From positions 1 to 64,000 of IMG/VR virus record IMGVR_UViG_3300035505_000313: a stretch of DNA of 64,000 nucleotides; one strand, given 5' to 3'. This document shows positions 58,396 to 64,000 of the stretch, piece by piece (position 1 is the stretch's first letter; every line of letters begins with the position of its first letter). A program made the position numbers and the translations under genes. This stretch comes from a virus (lineage: Duplodnaviria > Caudoviricetes). Below the pieces are notes generated by a model that worked only from the letters and a program-made list of their open reading frames with translations, did not search any database and had not been told where the DNA came from.

Positions 58396-60543
58396 TTAAG
58401 ATGTATGACTTGTACATACATTTTTGGTTTCTGTAGTATTCTTATTAACTGTATTAACTGATGCAGTTGTATACTGATTTACAGCATTACAATAGCATTT
58501 AGCACTACATCCTACAGTTGTTCTTGATGAGCAGATAGTAGATGTTGTTGCTGATGTTCTAGATACACAATCACAAGTGGTTGTGTAGTTAGTTCTACCA
58601 TCACATGAACATGTAGAAGTTGTACCTGTTCTAGAAGTACATTCAGAAGATGTTATATAATAAGTTCTACCATCACATGAACATGTAGAAGTTGTACCTG
58701 TTCTAGAACTACATTCAGATGTTGTGGTTTTATTAGTTCTAGAATTACATAAACAAGCTACTGTTCCACCTGTTCTAGAACTACATTCAGACGTAGTAGT
58801 ACTTGATGTTCTACCATCACATGAACAAGCTACTGTTCCACCTGTTCTAGAACTACATTCAGATGTTGTGGTTTTATTAGTTCTAGAATTACATAAACAA
58901 GCTACTGTTCCACCTGTTCTAGAACTACATTCAGATGTTGTAGTGTTATTAGTCCTAGAATTACATAAACAAGCTACTGTTCCACCTGTTCTAGAACTAC
59001 ATTCAGATGTTGTAGTGTTATTAGTCCTACTATCACATAAACAAGCTACTGTTCCACCTGTTCTAGAACTACAATCAGCAGAACTATAATATTCAGTTCT
59101 TACATCACATAAGCATGAAGTAGTTGCACCAGTTCTAGAACTACATTCTGAAGACGTATATGAATAAGTTCTAGCTGCACAAGTACAAGAATAAGCATAA
59201 GTAGTTCTAGAAGTACATGTAGAATCATATGCTGAATAGTAACCAGAAATTCTACCATTACATGAACAAGAATAACTTGATGAATAACCAGAAATTCTAC
59301 CATTACATGAACAAGAATAAGCTGAATAGTAATATGTTCTAGCATTACAAGAACAAGAATAACCTGATACTGAGTTACAACTACATGCAGTTCTACTACT
59401 ACACACTGTACTACCTTCAAGAAGATAATAACCAGAACAATCTCCATATACAAATAAATCATAAACATATACATAATAACTTCCACAAGGAATACTAGCT
59501 TGATAGTAAAAAATTTCCCAACTACATCCTACTTTATTACAACTACAATTATAAGTTGCTCTACTAGAACATGTATAATAAGAATATACTCTAACATTAC
59601 AATCATATCCTGTAGCTGTATATGTTCTAACATTACAATCATAATTTGTAGTAGTAGTTGTTCTAGTATTACAATCATAAGATGTAGCTGTATATGTTCT
59701 AGCATTGCAATCAGTATAACTATAAGTTCTAGCATTGCAATCAGTATAACTATAAATTCTACTAGAACATATACCAGTTCTAGATGAACAATTACTACCT
59801 TGATAAGTACTTCTACTAGAACATATAGCTGTTCTACTACTACAATCACTACCTATATCTGTAGTTCTTGCTGTGCATATAGCTGTTCTACTACTACAAT
59901 CACTACCTATATCTGTAGTTCTTGCTGTGCATATAGAAGTTCTACTACTACAATCACTACCTATATCTGTAGTTCTTGCTGTGCATATAGCTGTTCTACT
60001 ACTACAATCACTACCTTGTGTATAAGTTCTACTGGAACATATAGAAGTTCTACTACTACAATCACTACCTATATCTGTAGTTCTTGCTGTACATATAGCT
60101 GTTCTACTACTACAATCGCTACCTTGTGTATAAGTTCTACTAGAACATATAGCTGTTCTACTACTACAATCACTACCTTGATAGTAAGTTCTACTAGGAC
60201 ATGTTCCTGTATCTGTTCCATATGTAGTTCTACTTACACAATCACATGAATCACTAAATTCATATTGTTTAACATTGTGAGCACTACATTTTAAGTTCGT
60301 TATATTACTTGCTGTATCTTTAACAAATCCCATACTTAAAGGGGAAGAAGACGTAATGGTAAAATTCTTATGACCACTACAATCAACTGTATTTCCACCA
60401 AAAGTAGAAGCATTTCGTTCTGAATTTAAACTAGTTAAAGCTGAAGTTAAAGTTTGTAAATCTTTATATCCTGAAGAATAAGAACTACTAACAGACCCTT
60501 TAGCGTCTATTAAATTTTGTAGCTCTTTATAAGAAATTCCCAC
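58396..60543 (-). CDS. largest CxCxxR/CSSRT-repeat Cys-rich protein, with divergent leader
   Basis: 715 aa; two internal tandem-repeat blocks flank a unique aromatic core. Confidence 0.8.
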   Translation of the reverse strand: MGISYKELQNLIDAKGSVSSSYSSGYKDLQTLTSALTSLNSERNASTFGGNTVDCSGHKNFTITSSSPLSMGFVKDTASNITNLKCSAHNVKQYEFSDSCDCVSRTTYGTDTGTCPSRTYYQGSDCSSRTAICSSRTYTQGSDCSSRTAICTARTTDIGSDCSSRTSICSSRTYTQGSDCSSRTAICTARTTDIGSDCSSRTSICTARTTDIGSDCSSRTAICTARTTDIGSDCSSRTAICSSRSTYQGSNCSSRTGICSSRIYSYTDCNARTYSYTDCNARTYTATSYDCNTRTTTTTNYDCNVRTYTATGYDCNVRVYSYYTCSSRATYNCSCNKVGCSWEIFYYQASIPCGSYYVYVYDLFVYGDCSGYYLLEGSTVCSSRTACSCNSVSGYSCSCNARTYYYSAYSCSCNGRISGYSSSYSCSCNGRISGYYSAYDSTCTSRTTYAYSCTCAARTYSYTSSECSSRTGATTSCLCDVRTEYYSSADCSSRTGGTVACLCDSRTNNTTTSECSSRTGGTVACLCNSRTNNTTTSECSSRTGGTVACLCNSRTNKTTTSECSSRTGGTVACSCDGRTSSTTTSECSSRTGGTVACLCNSRTNKTTTSECSSRTGTTSTCSCDGRTYYITSSECTSRTGTTSTCSCDGRTNYTTTCDCVSRTSATTSTICSSRTTVGCSAKCYCNAVNQYTTASVNTVNKNTTETKNVCTSHTS
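58690..59075. repeat. 69-nt (23 aa) coding tandem repeat, ~5 copies
   Basis: TTTSECSSRTGGTVACLCNSRTNx units. Confidence 0.85.
59790..60190. repeat. 54-nt (18 aa) coding tandem repeat, ~7 copies
   Basis: GSDCSSRT(A/S)IC(T/S)(A/S)RT(T/Y)(D/T)(I/Q) units. Confidence 0.85.
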
Positions 60544-60602
60544 TTTATTTTCCTCCTTTTTCTTTTTTTAATTTAATTATATATTATACAATATAAAAAT
60601 TC

Positions 60603-60644
60603 TAATTTTTTGTTATTATATCATGGAATTTTAACAAGTTTATA
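60603..60644. promoter_or_regulatory. divergent pair of late-type AACA-N6-TA promoters
   Basis: 60603-60614 (-) points into the Cys-rich cluster; 60633-60644 (+) points into the lysis genes. Confidence 0.6.
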
Positions 60645-60699
60645 AATAAGTTTTCATAGTGAAAGCTTTATTTAATCTTTAAAAAGGAGGATTAGTATT

Positions 60700-61185
60700 A
60701 TGACAGCTAAAGAAAAAAGAGCTAAAGTAAAGAAAGCATTATTGTCTAGAGTAGGTAAAAATACATATACTCAAGGTGCTAATAGAACTCAGGTTGGTTC
60801 TGGGTATGGTGACTGTTCAGCTACATCAAGATGGGCATATCTATCTACTCATAAGATTGATATTGGTATCAATACTGAAGCTCAGCTTAAATCTTCTAAG
60901 AGTAAGAAAGTCGATGTTAAGATTACGAATGGTATTCCTCAGAAGTCTAAACTTCGTGTCGGTGACTTATTCTACTTTAGAGGAACAAATGATTCTCGCT
61001 ATCAAGGGGTAGGACATGTTGAGGTTTATATTGGTAATGGTAAGCTTTGTGGTCATGGTTCTGGTAAAGGACCTACTATCAAGGATATGGAAGCTTACTG
61101 TAAGTATAGACAAAATGCCAAGTCTACTTCTAAGCTTAAGAATCAAGGTCTTATTGAAGTAAAACGTGTATTCTTTGATGATTAA
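60700..61185 (+). CDS. NlpC/P60 (C40) cell-wall peptidase, putative endolysin
   Basis: YTQG...GYGDCSA (catalytic Cys), RVGDLFYF, GHVEVYIGNG...H. Confidence 0.85.
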   Translation: MTAKEKRAKVKKALLSRVGKNTYTQGANRTQVGSGYGDCSATSRWAYLSTHKIDIGINTEAQLKSSKSKKVDVKITNGIPQKSKLRVGDLFYFRGTNDSRYQGVGHVEVYIGNGKLCGHGSGKGPTIKDMEAYCKYRQNAKSTSKLKNQGLIEVKRVFFDD

Positions 61186-61211
61186 TGTAAAATATAAAGG
61201 AGATAAAACAA

Positions 61212-61937
61212 GTGGATATTAAAGGAAAGCATATAGAATTTGCAAAGATTTTAGTAGGCTGCTTAGTGGTTATTTACTATGTATTTTATGTATTTTCAAT
61301 AATATACTGGTTTAAGGAAGATAGATATATCGAGGATATGCTTGATTATATCTATCGTCCTTTTGCTGTTGTAGTTTCGGCTTACTTAATTCAATCTTCT
61401 TTGCAAAACAAAAATGATATTAAAGCAAATTATACAGAAGAAAAGAAAAAATCTTTCACTTTTTCTAAGTTCCTAACGATTCAAATCATTATTGCTTTTT
61501 TAATATCAATTATATTCTTTTCAATATCATGGATATTCTTAGATAGATTTCCTACAGCTTTATTTAATTATATTTCTTTACCTTTTATGACTATATTACC
61601 ATCATATATAGCTAAAGATATTATAGAAAAAAGAGCTATATCTAGAAATGATATTAACACAATAGGAAATATAGTTGATATTATTTGTGATGTATATCAA
61701 AATGGAAGTTCTTTTGGAAGTACTTCTCATACTGATGCTTTACAAAACATTAGAGGAGCTTTAAGTGGAACTCAAGAAGATGATGATAATGAGGAACAGG
61801 AGGAATTTTCTGAAGAAGAAGATACTTATACAGAAGAAAGTGAAGAACCAATAGAAGAAGAAGTTGAAGAAGAAAAGCCTAAAGTAAAGAAAAAGAAAAG
61901 TAAGAAAAAAACTGAAGAAGAGGAAGGAACTGAATAA
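61212..61937 (+). CDS. 4-TM holin-like membrane protein with internal duplication and acidic/basic tail
   Basis: Two similar halves (FAKIL...YIYRPF...AYL..S.LQNK / FSKFL...YISLPF...SYI.K..IEK); position between endolysin and holin. Confidence 0.5.
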   Translation: MDIKGKHIEFAKILVGCLVVIYYVFYVFSIIYWFKEDRYIEDMLDYIYRPFAVVVSAYLIQSSLQNKNDIKANYTEEKKKSFTFSKFLTIQIIIAFLISIIFFSISWIFLDRFPTALFNYISLPFMTILPSYIAKDIIEKRAISRNDINTIGNIVDIICDVYQNGSSFGSTSHTDALQNIRGALSGTQEDDDNEEQEEFSEEEDTYTEESEEPIEEEVEEEKPKVKKKKSKKKTEEEEGTE

Positions 61938-62192
61938 ATGCAACCGTTTAGAAGTGAAACAGATAGACCTATTTCACCTTGTAAGGATTGTAAAGATAGG
62001 TCTATAGAACCTGTTAACTGTCATACTAATTGTGAGGCTTACTTAAAATACAAGAAAGAAAATGATGAGTTTTCTGAAAAGTATAAAAATTTTAGAATAA
62101 ATGAAGCTGACCTTGTAAAGAGGAAAGCTGTTCTAAAAGCATTAAAAAAGAGACGTGAATCTAAAAGTAAACCTTACAAAATATTTTTCTAG
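61938..62192 (+). CDS. small Cys-containing hypothetical protein
   Basis: SPCKDCKDR...CHTNCEAY. Confidence 0.6.
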   Translation: MQPFRSETDRPISPCKDCKDRSIEPVNCHTNCEAYLKYKKENDEFSEKYKNFRINEADLVKRKAVLKALKKRRESKSKPYKIFF

Positions 62193-62204
62193 GAGGATTT
62201 TATT

Positions 62205-62558
62205 ATGTGTAATGGTTTAATTATAGCATTAGCTATCGTTGCTATTGCTGTTATTTTGGCTGTTGTAGGAGTTATACTTCTTTGTAAGTATAATTCAAAC
62301 TTCAAGAAGATTATTCTGCCACAGTTAGCTCGTTTAGCTGTAGTAGAAGCTGAAAAGTATCTAGGTAGTAATACTGGTAAATATAAGTTTAGTTATGCAA
62401 TGAATTACATATACGGAAAGTTACCTGCATTGATTAAGACTTTTATTTCAGAAGCAGAACTTACAACTATGATAGAAGATTCAGTTACAATTTTGACTAA
62501 CTTCTTAGCTTCTGGTGGTGACTTATCAGATTACCTAACTAAGACTTCTGATGTATAA
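62205..62558 (+). CDS. holin, LL-H-like family
   Basis: N-terminal TM, then AVVEAEKYLGSNTGKYKFSYA...ISEAELTTMIEDSV. Confidence 0.7.
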   Translation: MCNGLIIALAIVAIAVILAVVGVILLCKYNSNFKKIILPQLARLAVVEAEKYLGSNTGKYKFSYAMNYIYGKLPALIKTFISEAELTTMIEDSVTILTNFLASGGDLSDYLTKTSDV

Positions 62559-62569
62559 TATATAAATTT

Positions 62570-62601
62570 GAGAGGAATGATGAAACTACATCATTCCTCT
62601 C
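62570..62601 (+). terminator. intrinsic terminator
   Basis: GAGAGGAATGATG/CATCATTCCTCTC + T tract. Confidence 0.75.
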
Positions 62602-62623
62602 TTTTTGTCTAAAAATTTATGTT

Positions 62624-62635
62624 AACACAATCATA
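62624..62635 (+). promoter_or_regulatory. late-type promoter AACA-N6-TA
   Basis: AACA-CAATCA-TA 33 nt upstream of the radical SAM gene. Confidence 0.55.
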
Positions 62636-62667
62636 ACTATAAAACTTAGAGAAAAGGAGTAAGTAAA

Positions 62668-63747
62668 ATGCCAAATATTATTATTAACACAGCGTGTAAC
62701 TTAAGATGTAGATATTGCTTTGCAGATGATTGTAAAGCAAATAATGTAAATATCAATATGACTATGAAGAACTTCAAGAAAGCATTAGACTTTGTTTCTA
62801 GAACAGATAACTATATTGGTATTCTTGGTGGTGAACCTTTGATTCATCCAGATATTGATTCTATGATTATGCAAGTTATTATGGATGACCGCTATGTAAG
62901 TACTACTATTTTTACTAATGGTATTGAAGTAGATAATCATCTTGGTATCTTTGCTAATCGTAAAGTAGGATGTCTTATCAACTTCAATTCAGAAGAAAAC
63001 ATTGAGAATAAAGAGAATGAAGAACGAGTAATTGATAACATTGGTCAGCTAATTGCTCTTAAGAAAGACCAAGATTGTAATGACCCTAATGTTCCTAAAC
63101 CAGACAATCAAATCAATATGGGTTGTAACATTTGGAAACCTGACCAGAACTTTGATGTATTGATTGATACATTGCATAAGTATGATAGACATAATTTAAG
63201 AATATCTACTGTAGTTCCCAATTCAACTGGTAAGAAAGGTATGAACCCTATTGCATATTTCAAGGAAATGAAACCTACAGTAATGAGGTTATTTGATATG
63301 CTTTATGAGATTGGTTGTGTTCCTAAATCAGATTGTAACTATATTCCTACATGTGTATTTACAGAGGAAGAATTAAATGATTTGGAAAGACGTTTTGTTC
63401 CATTAGCACAGAAATATAATCTTGATTTCAATATCACAAGAAACACTACATGTCAGATGGGTCCGATTGATATCTATCCTGACCTTACTGTTGCAAGATG
63501 TTTTGGGTTCTCTGAGCATGATAGACAGAATATTGATGACTATTTTGATATCAATGGAATCAGAAACTATTTCATTAAGACAGTAACGAATCTTGTTCAT
63601 TACGTTCCTTCACAAGAAGAATGTAAGGATTGTTATTCATTCAAAACACTTCAGTGTACTGGTGGATGTTGTGCATATAAGACTGAAGAAGTAGATAGAT
63701 TGAGAGGTGAGATGGATGCCATTAAAGGACTTGATAACGATAGGTAA
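62668..63747 (+). CDS. radical SAM enzyme with SPASM-like C-terminus
   Basis: CNLRCRYC, LGGEPLIHP, FTNG, C..GPIDIYPDLTVARC, CKDC...CTGGC. Confidence 0.9.
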   Translation: MPNIIINTACNLRCRYCFADDCKANNVNINMTMKNFKKALDFVSRTDNYIGILGGEPLIHPDIDSMIMQVIMDDRYVSTTIFTNGIEVDNHLGIFANRKVGCLINFNSEENIENKENEERVIDNIGQLIALKKDQDCNDPNVPKPDNQINMGCNIWKPDQNFDVLIDTLHKYDRHNLRISTVVPNSTGKKGMNPIAYFKEMKPTVMRLFDMLYEIGCVPKSDCNYIPTCVFTEEELNDLERRFVPLAQKYNLDFNITRNTTCQMGPIDIYPDLTVARCFGFSEHDRQNIDDYFDINGIRNYFIKTVTNLVHYVPSQEECKDCYSFKTLQCTGGCCAYKTEEVDRLRGEMDAIKGLDNDR

Positions 63748-64000
63748 TATAGTACTATTAAGTATTATATTTCCATTGATTATTGTCAGTATTGTTCTTT
63801 TTGTTAAAAATATTAACTTAAACAAAGATAATAATAATTTAACTTCTTTAGTTCAGCAATTAAGACTTAAAGCTACTACATATACATTTGAAAAAGATAT
63901 GGAATTCTTACAATACCTTATTGGATATAAATGTAATATGTATGTCTCTATTTATTTAGACCCGATAGATAAGATTCGTTCTAAGATTATCAATGGTGAC
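63731..64000 (+). CDS. hypothetical membrane protein (partial)
   Basis: TTG after AAAGGA; open to the window end; N-terminal hydrophobic segment. Confidence 0.45.
   Translation, partial: MITIGNIVLLSIIFPLIIVSIVLFVKNINLNKDNNNLTSLVQQLRLKATTYTFEKDMEFLQYLIGYKCNMYVSIYLDPIDKIRSKIINGD

Noticed and set aside
54690-60190. Possible CRISPR arrays in the regular repeats
   Set aside because: Units are multiples of 3, lie inside open ORFs, lack unique spacers of constant length, and no cas genes are present.
51060-60543. Very frequent TCTAGA/GTTCTAGA words as a DNA-level signal
   Set aside because: Explained by TCT-AGA codons for the Ser-Arg of the protein repeat.
1094-63825. Many short opposite-strand or alternative-frame ORFs in the track (e.g. 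1094..1759, 10240..10704, 34844..35311, 58724..59089, 59800..60249)
   Set aside because: They are shadows of longer genes with recognisable motifs, lack SD sequences, and their composition mirrors the real frame.
1-64000. Stop-codon reassignment (TAG/TGA), as in some gut jumbo phages
   Set aside because: Long conserved genes are intact under code 11, several end in TAG or TGA followed by a new SD, and the nrdD breaks are explained by introns.

Overview
This AT-rich, gene-dense window looks like part of a jumbo myophage of an anaerobic Firmicute host (code 11, strong AGGAGG RBSs, no tRNA, rRNA or CRISPR seen). Two promoter motifs recur upstream of operons: TATATTAT (early-type) and AACA-N6-TA (matches the late consensus I recall for Bacillus phage AR9). 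The left half is mostly minus strand and carries replication and nucleotide genes: MoxR-like AAA ATPase (partial), gyrA, gyrB, GH73 glucosaminidase, orphan HicA, an NrdG-like protein lacking its Fe-S motif, PspA, nrdD split by two group I introns (one with a GIY-YIG endonuclease), Dda-like and DnaB-like helicases, an SbcD-like nuclease and two baseplate genes. Virion and tail genes occupy 31-44 kb. The top candidate for an undescribed system is 44.7-60.5 kb: three radical SAM enzymes and two GT2 glycosyltransferases sit in line with nine Cys-containing ORFs, seven of them large proteins built from CxCxxR(T) repeats. The same repeats occur in a tail-region protein, and a fourth radical SAM/SPASM gene follows the lysis genes, suggesting phage-encoded RiPP-like cross-linking or glycosylation of virion fibres. 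Two non-coding findings also stand out: a ~570 nt early transcript of tandem hairpins, several carrying anti-SD or anti-AUG sequence, and a covarying pseudoknot leader plus a near-identical 3' element flanking two unrelated early genes. All family assignments come from motif recognition by eye; no database searches were run.
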